64,000 bases of DNA from Trichinella spiralis (taxonomy: Eukaryota). This document shows positions 26,361 through 38,930 of this stretch, one piece after another. The DNA lies in NCBI RefSeq assembly GCF_000181795.1, contig NW_003526943.1, positions 4,305,228 through 4,369,227 on the forward strand, in the 5' to 3' direction. The notes beneath the pieces were generated by a model that was not told the origin of the DNA, did no database searches, and saw only the letters and a program-made list of their open reading frames with translations. Position 1 is the first letter of the stretch, and every line of letters begins with the position of its first letter. Made by a program: the position numbers and the translations under genes.

Positions 26361-28636
26361 TCAAACTGGAGTTTGCAGTGTCCCAGCACCAACACCATAT
26401 CCATAGCCTTTCGGACCAAATTTACGACCATAACATGCTAGAACATTTTATTTAAAAATTGAAAATATTTGAAAAAAGTTTGTGATTATACTTTTACAAT
26501 AAACTTCTCCGTTATTTTCACAAGCCACTGCAGATTCTAGAATTTTGTTGCATTCAGCACAGGTTAAACACACTTTATGCCATACCTGAAATATGGAACA
26601 TATATTTAAAAAAATTAAAATTAGCACATTATTTAAATTAAATTTGAACTGCACCACGCAATTTTTAATATATATTATAATTTTGAAATGCAAAAAATAA
26701 AAATACTCCTCCAGCGCTGACAACTCGTTCTGCAATGTAAGCTGCTCGAGAACAGCGTCGACAAATTGGCTGTTCAATACTTCCCATAGAATGTCGAGTA
26801 CTTTTATTAAAAATAGATGCAGAATCTTGTCGATTTGTAGCTGAAGATCGCTCTAAAAGCGGAGCAACTTGTGCCTGAGCAAATGATGAAACGTTGCTAA
26901 AATGATTGACATTAAAAAAATATCTATGCACTTGTTAAAATTTATTTCAATGTAAAAGTGGATTTAGTTCACGCTAATAATAAAAATTATTGCCCCTATG
27001 ATAAAGAAACTTTTAAAGAATTACCAAAATCGATTCAACGTCACTCATTCATTTTTAACAGTTGCTTTCGTAACAGAAATTTAAAATTCAAGTTTTGCGC
27101 ACAAAGTACTGAAAGAATACTTATCCAATCAATATCTATTATTAAATATAAGATTATTAAGCTTGTTTAAATCAATTTTGTTTAAAAATGGAATGAAGAT
27201 GCTAACGTTTTTTATCAGATTTATTCAAAACAGCGAAGCAGCAATGCATGAAAAATATTATTCAATTATTTTTTAATTCCACGTTGAAAATAAATATTGA
27301 GTTGTTATTTAATGAATCAGTTTAATCATTCAAAAATATTTTTAAAAATATGATATTTTTAATAAAATAAAAATGAATAATATAACTGCGAAATTGTTTT
27401 CATTGTATAATTAACAAAAAGTATCATATTCTCTTAATTACAATACGAAATAATGATAATGGATCTTTTTGAACTTGTAGATATTTTATTACAATTATGT
27501 AAATAATTCTGTTTGTGCCCTCTTTGATTAATGTAACAAGAACAAGCACTCTTTGCTCATTATTTACACAAAACTAGCTAATCTAGTATTTATTGATGTG
27601 TAAATTTATTAGAAAAAAAATATATGCATATATTACGTTGAATATGTGTTTTTACAAATAAATTTGTCATACAAATTAGCTATTCGAAATTGAGAAGGAT
27701 GGTTGAAAAAGTAATATTGCATTTGTTATATTTCATCTATAAACACTAAAACCAGAACTCATTTAGTCAAATTTATCGTCAAAGGTTCTGTCAAAAATAA
27801 AAAGAAATTAGATGCAGTTTCTAAATACAACCAACAGTGATTCATTCAGAAAATAGTATTTCTGCTTGAATAACAATTCTGAAGAATAAGAAGCATTCGT
27901 TTCTTTGATCAAAGCATAATTTATGCTTTAGCAAATGATTAATATCATTTTTAAAATAAAAAGCTCATTAAAGTGCTTAATTTAATAATTCAAAATGCTT
28001 TTAAATAAGCAGATGAGAAAGAATACATTTAGAGTATATGTATACAGAGGTTTTTTTCTAGTAATCTCTATACGAGCATATTCAAATTTTCAACATAACT
28101 GAGTAGAAAGTTACAAGTTACCTTAACTGAGATTCTCCATTGTTTGCGCATTCCATTGACAGTACGCCAGCACCTTGGCCGTATCCGTATCCTTTTGGGC
28201 CAAAAAGCTTTTTATAGCAATAAGTGCAGTAAGCTTCACCATCGTGGTCAGCACAGTTCAAACTGTCCAATCGTTTCTGACATTGTGGATTTGCTACAAT
28301 TGAAGAAATGTACAAAATACTGCATACTTGAAATGAAAATGAGTGTTTGTGTTAATTATTGATTTGAATATTTTGGAAAATTGCCAAAAACCATGCAGCA
28401 TCTTACTGAAAGCTCCAGATGTTAAATGAAATAAATCATTGAAAAGATCATTGTAAAAGATGATCGTTGAAAATATTTTTTTTCAAATTTCCAAAATATT
28501 AAAATAAAAGCACCGAATCACACTGACCACATCGAAAACAAGCACGGTGCCAGTGCTGACCAATGGCGACAATTTCTTCGGCAAAGTAGACCGTCTTGGA
28601 ACAACGTGGACACTGGTGATTGATTATTCGATTCAT
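26361..28636 (-). CDS. Cysteine/glycine-rich two-LIM-domain protein (CRP / muscle LIM protein family); 5 exons
   Basis: LIM1 [13 protein letters not shown]...WHRACFRC...[22 protein letters not shown] (exons about 28636-28528 and 28293-28122). LIM2 [12 protein letters not shown]...[11 protein letters not shown]...[27 protein letters not shown]; stop at 26361-26363. Confidence 0.92.
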
Positions 28637-29554
28637 TTGGCGAAACGTGAAAGCTAGCTGACGTTGTCGAGGCTGTAGGCAAAATTTTGCAACTGCACTG
28701 TGTGCGGTAGAAATTTCAAACTGGCATCTGCAAAGTGATGACTCATCATCCGCTTCGTCGAATTGACCAATCACGTTTCGCCGTTGCACCGGTGATCGGC
28801 TGCAGCAGAAATGAATAATATTGTCACAAATTACTGCGAGCGACTGATTAGCAGTGGAGAAAATATTTAGATTTCAAAACAGATCATTTCAACAATAATT
28901 CCAGCAACAATTTTCACTGCGCTGTATATTTCAACATTATTGACATAGTATCAGTAAACAGTGCAGTTGGAATTGTTTCAGTGTTGAAATTGATGAAGGA
29001 ATTTTCCAATTCTCTCCACTATTCATAAGCATATTTCAAAACAATATGATCAATAAATAAACAAACAATTTACTTAATAATTCATCATGGAATTCAGTTT
29101 TCAAATTGGAAAATGATATTCAATAAATGCACAGTATTAAAGTTATTTTGATTAATGTTTTGAAATAATTTTTTGTTGAATCAGCAATCACATTTTTGAA
29201 CGTCTGATTCAAAAGTGATCAGTAATTGATTTATAAATTAATAATTAAGATTAAACAGCAACTTTTCCATTAAAAATTTTTAACAATATTTTTTTCAATC
29301 AGCAACTGGAGGCAAAGCAAACAAATCAGCTTAACATTAGCTGAGCTATTTGTGAAAACGAGTGTGATCAGCAATTAGCGCACACTAGCTGATTTATTAT
29401 TTTCATCATAATAACTGTTGAAATTTGAAACTTTGAAACGTGATGATTTTGATGAACAATTTTTAGAAAAAAATTGTAAATTTGCTAACTTTAGATTTGT
29501 ATCAACTGAAAATTTTCGGCATTTGATATGTTAAAATTGAAACTGAATCTGGTC

Positions 29555-29559
<5 letters not shown>

Positions 29560-29583
<24 letters not shown>
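29560..29583. repeat. (TA)n microsatellite
   Basis: Uninterrupted alternating TA run. Confidence 0.9.
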
Positions 29584-29586
<3 letters not shown>

Positions 29587-30279
29587 CTATGCATGTATGT
29601 AAATGCAGAGAAATTGAAAAAAATTCTATACTTAATTTTTAAGCTATTTTTTATAAAGCATTTATTATAAAAGTTATTAATTAAACAATTCAAATCATTT
29701 GTTTAAAGAAGGAGACAATTTGATACTCAACGTTTATGGATAATGTTACGATGTTGAAGTGGCAGTTCACATTTCGAAAATGTACATTTTCACATGGCGC
29801 AGCGGCAATGAATAAATTAATCAACCAAAGAATTTAAGCAATGTATACAATTTTATATTCTTTATTTAAAAGAAATGCCAAATGTTGTTGCTAAATATAA
29901 TAAAATAAAATTACAATTACGTAATCGACAAAGCATTTTCTACTTTTAGTAAACAAAATGTAGTTTCTGTTTTTTTTTCACGAATCTTTGAAATGATAAA
30001 ATTGTTGAACCACAACAGCTATAAATAAACAGCAATTGATAATAAATAAGCTAAATGTGTTTTTTCAGTACGAATTTGTCAGGTATTGTTCAAATAATCA
30101 TGCTTGTAATTCAGCTTCAAATTTAAAAAATCAATTTCATATGAATAATTTCTGGCCACAGAAATCGCGCAATATCAAGATTTCAATTGGTCTATTAAAA
30201 TAAAAATGATCGGATTTTTTTTATTTTAATTACATCTGCCTAGAAGTTCATTTTAAAATTAAATGATCAAAGTTGGTTT

Positions 30280-30810
30280 TCGTGGATTCCATGGCGCAAC
30301 AGTCTGAGCCATCGTAGAATTCAGAGTGATTTTCGGTCGGAATTAGAGAATCAACTAATTGGATGATCATCTTTCCAACCATTCTTGCTTAACCAGTAGA
30401 ATTTGTCAACGTTCATCAGCACTATTTACCTTTCTTCAGCGACTTCGGATACATGTATATCTTGAGCACAACAAGTGCAAAAATGCATTGCGTTGGCTTA
30501 AGGTTGCTTAATCACAACTTCACTCGAGGCAATCAGAGAAGATGAGCCCCTCAATTCTTCGACAGCTGCAGCCCTAACAACTCAACAACTGACAGTCAGG
30601 CCATGCCCTTTATCCCAGAGTAGGTGAAATCTACCCGAACTGCTTTTCTCAAACCGATTCCTTCCTGATCTCTAGCGCCTCCGTGGAACAGCACGGGCTG
30701 TATGTTACCATGTAGCTGCAATTCACAGTGTTAAGCGTCATGTCCGACCACTGAATATTTCTTTATTTTCGAACAGTTATACGCTCGGTGTCCTGTTCAC
30801 AATGAAGACA
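30280..30810 (-). mobile_element. Possible highly degenerate BEL/Pao LTR-retrotransposon remnant (protease-region-like)
   Basis: GC-balanced island in AT-rich intergenic DNA with no ORF. Broken minus-strand frames give LQLHGNIQPVLFHGG, GIGLRKAVRVDFTYSG and IVLMNVDKFYWL, in the order I recall for BEL/Pao protease segments. Weak, from memory only. Confidence 0.25.
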
Positions 30811-31882
30811 ACATGTTGTTGCTAATCAGTGCATCAATCTTTCACAATTTATTGCTTTGAAAAGCATGATTCACACTAACTATGCAAAACCGGACATTTT
30901 TCACCAGTGACTGTTACAATTTCAGCTTAAAAATAAAAAACGTCAAACTAAGAAAGAATACAAATCAACAGAATGTTGTAAGGATGAACGCTAATCAAGG
31001 ATAAATTTTAGTAAAATTACAGTATAATTTGATACAAACAGATAATTTATTTTTTTATTAGATAAAATAATATGCATTTTTTAACAAATAAAACCCCATA
31101 AAATAATGAATCATTGATATTTGATCTACCTATTGCCTCAATATTACTAGCCAATTTTTGCAACAATTCTTGGTTATCAACATATAAATGGAAAAATAAT
31201 TAATTAAATGTGCGTTTTGAATTGTTGCATAAAAGCATAATATTAATAAATTTCATTTTCAATTTTCCAATTGCAGTAACTTGCTATCAGCACCTGCTTG
31301 TAGTATACGATCACGAAAAATTTCATTTGTTTTATATAAATGACAAAATGAAAAATTCTGGCAGTAATTAATGTTCTATTCTATATTAAGTTTTCTGAAA
31401 TACAGCAGCCATCATTTTTGCTCAAAGCATTACAAATTGCATTTTACAAAACTTTGTAAAATTTAATCTTGACAATCATTTTTTTATAACAAGGTATGCT
31501 GCTAGTTACTATCTTCATTTCGATTTGCAAGCAGAGCGTAATTTTATAATGAAATTCTTTAAATTAAACATTCAGAATTTAATTTTAATTTTATTAAATT
31601 TAATTTTGATTCAGGAATCATTATCAATTAATACTTTTTGATAATACATGATAATAATTAATACAGAAAATTTGTCATAAAATTAAAAAAATTATTATTT
31701 TAAATTGTTTTATTAAAAGTTTGTTTCATTTTTGTTAAAAAATTTGATTTTTAAATATTAGTTCGGTTTATAATTTCGTTGTTTCTGGATTGAGTATGTT
31801 TAAGGAAAGCGACGACGCTTGGAATGCGGCAGTCAGTAATTAGTTATTTATGAGGAAAATGGAATTAAGATGTGATTCGTTT

Positions 31883-33548
31883 ATGTACTATTTACGACAG
31901 TTACGTGGAGCTGGTTTTATCCGTTCTATAGCTACAGCAAGCCCTTCAAAAATTGGTATAACGCTTCCGTTGTATGTTAAGAAAATATTCTGTTGTTTGA
32001 AAATACGTGAATTTTTATTGCCTACTTCTTAGTTTGCTTATGGAATTTGCATTTTTGTTTTGATTATTGTTTTTTTTTTGATAGCTGTCATTGGCGCTGG
32101 TATTGGTGGTACATCTTGTTCTTACTTTTTGCGTCAAATATTTGGCGACAGAATTGAAATCGACATTTTCGACAGCGGCAAAGTTGGTGGTCGCTTAGCT
32201 ACAGTAGAAATAGAAAGAAGGCACTACGAATCAGGTGGCAGTGTTATTCATCCTCAAAATGAGTATATGGTGCATTTTCAAAAAGAATTTGGTAAAAAAT
32301 TGTGAAAATCGAGTAATTTCACAAATCGATTTATAGATTCAATAATTCAGGTTTGGGTCGAAGTTTTGCTTTTGGCAGTCCATTTGGGATATTTAATGGC
32401 AGTCAGTTGATTTTTACAGGATCCAATTCAAATTTGGTGACACTTTTTCGCTTGCTGTTGCGATACAAGCTTGATCCAATTCGATTGCAATTTCTACTTG
32501 GGCAGTGTTTAAAACGGTTTCTAAAGATTTATGCGATGCAAAAAAGCAATTATTGTTATACAACTGTTCGAAAGTTGGTTTCTGCATTGGATGCAGATTT
32601 GGCAGCAAATTTGAATTGCAGTTTGAGGTTCGCTTTGACAAAGTGTGGAATAGAAAATGCCATCATTGACGAACTTGTTCAAGCGGCAATGTTGTGCAAT
32701 TATGGACAGTCGGTTGATATTCACAGTTTTGTCGGTATGTATGGGATTTATTTTAAAAAAAATTTCTCTTCTCAAATTTACTTTCTAGTTGTTCAGGTTT
32801 AGTTTCTTTGGCCGGGATGCAGCAGAATTTGTGGTCGGTTGCTGAAGGCAATTGCACCGTAGCTGAAAAATTGCTCGAAACCTCCAAAGCGACTTTTCAC
32901 TCTTGTAGAATTTTAGAAATAACCCGCCAAATGAACGGCTCGTTTTCATTACATATTGCCAGCGATGGAGCATTGAACACATGGCGAGATGGTTACAGAT
33001 CCGTGGTAATAGCTTGTCCGTTGATTGCTGGCCAAATTGAATTGAATTTGGCTAATTTGCCCAGCTTGGAACCTTTTCGCACTGCTTACCATAGAACAGT
33101 GGCCACATTTGTTAGCGGTATTCTGCGCAAACATCATCCGTGGTCGAATCGGCCCGACTATGTCAAAACTGTTCTGGTCAGTGATGTTGATTTTCCAATT
33201 GCAAGTATGGTAAAGGTGGATCAATTGGGCAAAGATGACCGTTTGGAAAGGAAGAATGGAAAAAATTACGACATGTACAAGTTGTTCAGCCGAGATTTTT
33301 TGACCACGGAACAGCTGAACATGGTTTTTGAACAATTTTCATACCACACTGCTGTATCCTGGTTGGCTTATCCCGAATATACTGGACAAAGTAGGGACTG
33401 CAGTTTTATTTTAACCGATGGCCTGTATTACGTTAATGCAATTGAAAATGCTGCCAGTGCAATGGAGATGAGCTGCATTGGAGCAAAAAATGTTGCCTTA
33501 TTACTTGCCTGCCACTGGAATGGAGATTTGACCAAAGTGGATAGATAG
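31883..33548 (+). CDS. PCYOX1: Prenylcysteine oxidase / lyase (FAD-dependent); 4 exons; alternative in-frame start at 31850
   Basis: KI|AVIGAGIGGTSCSYFL Rossmann motif, KVGGRLATV, YESGGSVIHPQN, CNYGQ, LWSVAEGN, YHRTVATFV, WLAYPEY and LYYVNAIENAASAMEMSCIGAKNVALL. Confidence 0.92.
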
Positions 33549-33718
33549 TTCAGTGCATTAATTTAAAAAATACAAGATACCATCTTATCAGAAAGTGCCA
33601 GTAATAAAACTTTTCATTCTTATACGTATCTTGTTTGAAAAATGGTTACCTGAACCAGTATATATATTGGTGCAGTGAAGTTTTTTTTTGCTAAAGTAAT
33701 AATCTCAGAAAAGTAGGT

Positions 33719-36710
33719 ATGAAGTCGAAGCGAACCGCCGACTCTGAATTGACACGAGAAGAATTTGAACGCGATGATGATCCACGAACGCCTGAAGAAC
33801 AGAGTGTAATTTTTCCATTTATTAAGAATTTTTCATTTATTTACTTTGAAAATTTATGCATTCTTAGAGTGGTCCAATGGCCAGAGCTTCTGATGAAGTG
33901 ATAAGGAAACGTTTGATAAAAAAAGTATCAAGACGCAGTGCTGCTAATGCGGAAGTAAGCATGCTGTTTGTTAGCATTACTTTTACAAATTGTCATTAAT
34001 TGTATCCAGTTTTTATTGTCGAAGTATATAAATTCTACTGTTGATATCTCGTTAATTCGGCAATGAAGTCACTTTTTAAATAACTAATGTAATTATGGTC
34101 ACATAATTTTAATAAGCGAAGTGATTTTTATTCACATTTTAGTTTTGCAACAAGAGGAATATAATCATACAAAGGTATAATGTATAAACAGACTCATCCA
34201 TGTTTGGTACAGTAGTTATCATTGAATTTGCAGTTTAATGCGAATGATTCATTAATCTTACATATTAAAAGTATCAAGTATTGCTGAAAGTAGAATTTGA
34301 ATTCTGTGCTAATAAAATATAATGATTGATTTTTCTACAATAGCGTGTATTTAAAAATATAAATTTTTTAATGCCATTTTTGACTGTTATGAAGTAGGAT
34401 TTATTTTCAGATTACGGGATCAAACCCATTCAAAAATTTTACTGGCTTCACAAATCCCGAAGGGTACTTGAAGTCGACGCAAGTAAAACTGTGGCGTTTT
34501 GATTGTTATCATTGATAAAATGGGTAGTATTCTAGCCGCCGGTTGAGCCAACTCCAGTTTCAGATCCAAGCATTGTCAAGCCTGTTATAGAGGAAGCAAA
34601 TATCACCATCAGCAACAGGAATAAAGAATTTAGTAGTAGTGCAGCAGTATTAGTGCAGAATGATTCAGAATTGCAAGTGAAGCAAAAGTCCGCCTTGGCC
34701 AACGTGCAGGCGTTGAATTCCAGATGGTTAATGGCCATGTTTGAACGTTTTGAAGAGATGCCGTTTTTGGATTTTTCGAAAGTAGCGCATGATTATATTA
34801 AAGAAATGCGGATTCTTATTGACACTTGCGTGTCATTGGGCATTAAAGTGCGGGATGAAAACCAACAATTGCCAAGAGCACAAACTACTGGCGTGGGCAA
34901 TGCGAACTCATTTAGTGAGTAAGTTGAATTTAATTAATTAATAATTTAGTACTTGATGCTGCTTTTTATTGAGGAAAACTTCCAGTTCGAGTGAAATACA
35001 GAAGCCCAAAGACAACACTTCGAACGTTACTGTAACTGAGCCAAAAAAAATTGCTCCTGTCGAAGAAGAGAAATCTGACAAGCAGAAATGTATGGTGAAA
35101 ATTTATAAAGTGGCGCCTCCAGGGCTATCTGAAGCTAATCGGCAGATGAATACACCTAAAGTGAAGGAAACCGGTGCGGGAAAAGTTCTCCCTTGTCCAG
35201 TGAAACTTTCTCCAAAGACCATTGGTGACGAAGGTACTTCACCAAAAGGATTATTCAAAATTCAGCAAGGTATTATTGAATTGATTGGTGTGATTGGTGA
35301 TCTGGAAAAAACATTTTATATTGTGATTTTTAAAAAATTCTTTTTCATTCTAGTTGGTGAGAAAATCGTGGCGAAAAATGATGCAAATTTGACAACAGAA
35401 AAGAAAACTAACGACAATAGTCCTTCAAAGTCGGCAGATTGTGCAAAAGAATCTTCAAGTGGAACTCTGAGTCCGCAGAACTTTTCATTTTCCATAAAAT
35501 CCACTACAACTACATCTTCTTCGTTTGGTACAACTTTCGGCGGTGCATTGTGTGACCAACTGAACAAAGAAGTATCCGCATCCAAATTGCCGTTTGCTTT
35601 TCCAAGCGTAAGCACAAGCTCATCAACATTGACTACGCCGAATCGTTATTTTTCAAGTCCTACCACCATTGCTGCTACTGTTGGAGCTACTACAACAGCA
35701 GCTGCTACTACTTCTACTACTACTCCTACTACCACTACTACTACTGCTACTGTGAATTGGGTTAATTGTTTTTTTAAAGTTTATTCAAATTATAGCAATT
35801 GTAATTTATGAATATTTTTTGTTTGGTTTTTTTCTGTAGTCACAATTTTCTTTCTCGACCGGGAACGCAACATCTGGTACTACCAGCAAAGGCCAGTTTA
35901 ATTTGTTTCAGTTCAATCAATCGAATACAGCTACAACAACTCCATCTGTATTTGGAGGATTTGCGGCTGCCTCGTCTGAACAGGAAGGTATATTTTGTGC
36001 AGTTTTGCAGTCGAATATTGCATATGCGATGATTGTCAATGTACTGTTTGTGTTATTAATAGATGATGAAAAGTATGAACCACCGAAAGTGGAGTCAGTG
36101 CAAGTTGAAGAAGAAGGCAGCGTTTATTCGGAAAAGTCAGTTGGTATGTTGGCAGTGATTTCAGTTGAGATTTATTTCTGCAATTTCAGATGCAAATTGT
36201 ACTTCAAGCCAGACAAGGAATTTGTTATGAAAGGAATTGGATTTGTTTATTTGAAGCCAAACGACAACGGCAAAGTGCAGTTGATCGTCCGCGACAATAC
36301 CCCGTTGGGTGTGTGATATATATTTATTATTGATGAATCTTTTTTGTGATAATTTTTCAATTTTTGATTAAGGAAATTTGTATTTGAACATATTTTTGGA
36401 TGAATTGACACCGTGTCAAAAAATCAGCAAGAACAAGATTATGCTCACTGCTGTTCCAAATCCTCCAATTGAAGGGAAAAATGAAAATGAAGTGGTGACT
36501 TATTTGATAAATATGAAATCTGATAAAGAAGCCGATACACTGTTCGATCTAATCAATGAAGCTAAAGCTGGGGTAGAAGTGATTTTTCCATTTTTAAGAG
36601 CCTGCTTTTAGTTGTCGATGATTTATATTGTCTAATGATGAAAGTATTCGTTTCAATATTTACAATAATACTAAATGGAAGCTTTATTTCAGAAATTGAA
36701 GCCCAAATGA
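33719..36710 (+). CDS. NUP50: Nucleoporin Nup50-like (N-terminal importin-alpha-binding motif, FG/Thr-rich middle, C-terminal Ran-binding domain); multi-exon
   Basis: MKSKRTADSELTREEFE...ARASDEVIRKRLIKK N-terminus; NPFKNFTGF; ALNSRW...LDFSKVAHDYIKEM; FSF/FG motifs; RanBD YEPPKVE...EEGSVYSEK|CKLYFK...KGIGFVYLKP...VQLIVRD; last exon KLKPK* ends at 36710. Confidence 0.85.
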
Positions 36711-37252
36711 AAAATTGGTTGGTGTCTATCTTTTGAAATGATCTACATGTATATAAGTTTTGGTAAACAGAGTTCCTATTATTTACGTTATCATTATTAT
36801 ACTTTCATTTGTTTTTTATTCGAAATTGTGTGTTGAATGGTATGAAACTTGAACGTCACAAATACTCCTTGTCATGTAATGAATATTTTATTATTGTTAA
36901 AATGTATGTTTGTTTGATTTTAAAGTGTGTGAATGCCTAATGCAATAGAGAAACTGTGTTTTATTTGAGAATAAAATGCTGACGGATAAAGTAAACTTGA
37001 CAACATGGGATATTGTGATTTTTATTTCATGATATTTGTCAGCTTGGTGGCAATAATGTAAAATTTGAAAAAAAGCAATCTTTTCGAATTTTTGTTGAAT
37101 AATTGAAACAAATGAAGAAAAATGATGTTCAAGTTGAGTTGAACTGTAACCTAGTGAAAATTATGCTGAGCAAACTGGGGAGTATTATTTCTCTTTATAT
37201 CTTATAGCGATCGAATGATTTTTATTGTAAAAAATTAGAACGGGCAGTGTAT

Positions 37253-37286
37253 AATAATAATAATAATAATTATTATTATTATTATT
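37253..37286. repeat. Perfect 34-bp (AAT)n/(ATT)n palindrome between convergent genes
   Basis: aataataataataataa followed directly by ttattattattattatt. Confidence 0.85.
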
Positions 37287-37413
37287 GAATTTGGTTACAA
37301 TTTCGTTCGCTTACATTTGACATTGAGCAAAAATATGCATATGTATAGGTGAAACTAATGAAGATAATGAAGTAAAGCATGTTCTCTTTTTTTTCTTGTA
37401 ATCCTAATTGACT

Positions 37414-38774
37414 TTACACTCGACGGATCATTACCCGTGTTTGCATTATTGTTGGTTCTTGGCCTTGGGTTTGACTAATACCCCATTTGACTCCTTTCAA
37501 ATGAGAACTTCGTGCCACCGGTTTGAAAGGGACATTCAAATTGCCACCGTAAGAGCACTTTTGATTGTACCACCAACCGGATCGCCACCAAGCGCCACAA
37601 GTTAGCGTTTCAATTGCATCTCGTTGACGGTCAAATGTACCGAACGGCATGCCACGACTTTCTCTCAACGTATCACCTGCATTCGGCAGACGAAATTTAT
37701 ATATATATATATATATATTAATTATGAAAATGTCGTTGGAATTTTGCAAAATACCTGTCCCTTTGTCCAAACTACCAAGGTGCAAACGGTAATATTGTTT
37801 TTCGTGTTCAACTTTGAATTTTTTATAATGCGCGATTTTTTCTTGGCCATCTGCAGTTTTCAATGTAATTAGCATTTCATATTCGTGATTTGGTTGATTA
37901 GTCAGCTCGTACAAAATTTCATTGCCTTGAAAAAAAATGAAGAATAATACATAGTGAAGAATAAAATTGAAATAACTGTTCTACATTACCTAGCCAAAAG
38001 TCGTGGGCATATGAGCCGAATCCGTTTTTGTAGCCTGTCCAAGCTCGTTGAAAATCCACTTTACCATTAACACGATTTTGTATAACCTGTGCAAACAAGG
38101 TTTGTGAATGAATAGATTTTTGCATCAAAAAAAATCAACACTAAAACACTCACTGTCCAGCCTCCATCATCTTCAGTCATGTTGCACAACAATTTTCGTT
38201 TGCATTGTTGATCACCATTGCAGTTCACTTTTTTTACTTCAAAAACTCCATCATTCAGTGGGATGTCATGCTTCTTCAAAATATCTTTTACATCGCTGCA
38301 ATCCACGCCATTCTCTGCAGTGAAGAAAATTTTATTTTATTTTATTTTATTTTATTCAATCTTTGTTACTAACTTTTATGAATCATTTCCTTTTGGTAAA
38401 CACTCTTATTTTTTAGCATTATTAATTAGTGTTAATTTTATTATTGATATATGTGCAGTTCCGAAAAATCAAATTAAAGAATATATTTTGAAGTTTCTTA
38501 ATGTGCAAATAAAGAAAAATTGAAATGTCAAAATGAAATTACCTGACAGTATTAATTTACTAATGTATTCGGGAGTTAGCTTTCCGTAGTTTACTTTGTT
38601 TGGATTGACAACGATAACAACCACATCTGGTGATGAAGGAATAGTAGGATCTATAACATCCGGAATCACTGGTAATTCTGGCAATACGTCTGGAATTTCT
38701 GGCAATATATCTGGTAATTCTGGCAATATATCTGGTAGCTAAGGCAGTATATATTGGTAATTTGGGCAGTATAT
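37414..38774 (-). CDS. Fibrinogen-related domain (FReD) protein with Pro-rich N-terminal repeats; 5' end lost in an assembly gap
   Basis: DCSDV...[53 protein letters not shown]...YRLHLG...GDTL...[11 protein letters not shown]...[16 protein letters not shown]...TRVMIRRV*, all canonical FReD motifs joined by GT-AG introns. Confidence 0.9.
38667..38774 (-). repeat. 21-bp coding tandem repeat (ILPELPD heptad), about 5 visible units, running into the N-gap
   Basis: Minus-strand unit ATA TTG CCA GAA TTA CCA GAT, repeated with variants. Units next to the gap at 38775-38783 are degraded. Confidence 0.8.
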
Positions 38775-38783
38775 NNNNNNNNN

Positions 38784-38930
38784 GGGGTGGTTTTAACTCG
38801 GTCCCACTTTTTCTCGTATGGTCTTTGGCCCACGCTATTTTTATTGGACCCGTCAAGATCTTTGTCGTATGGGTTTTCATTTTATTGGCCCGTGAAGTCT
38901 TGTCGTATGGTTTCCTGGTGTAAGTGCTCA
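38784..38930. mobile_element. Putative DNA-transposon end with subterminal tandem motifs
   Basis: Starts ggggtggttttaactcggtccc; contains tcgtatgg three times and ttattgg(a)cccgt twice. A near-identical start (gnggtggnttttactcggncc) recurs at about 41961. Confidence 0.4.

Noticed and set aside
35660..35750. (ACT/GCT)n repeat
   Set aside because: It is the Thr/Ala-rich linker inside the Nup50 coding sequence.
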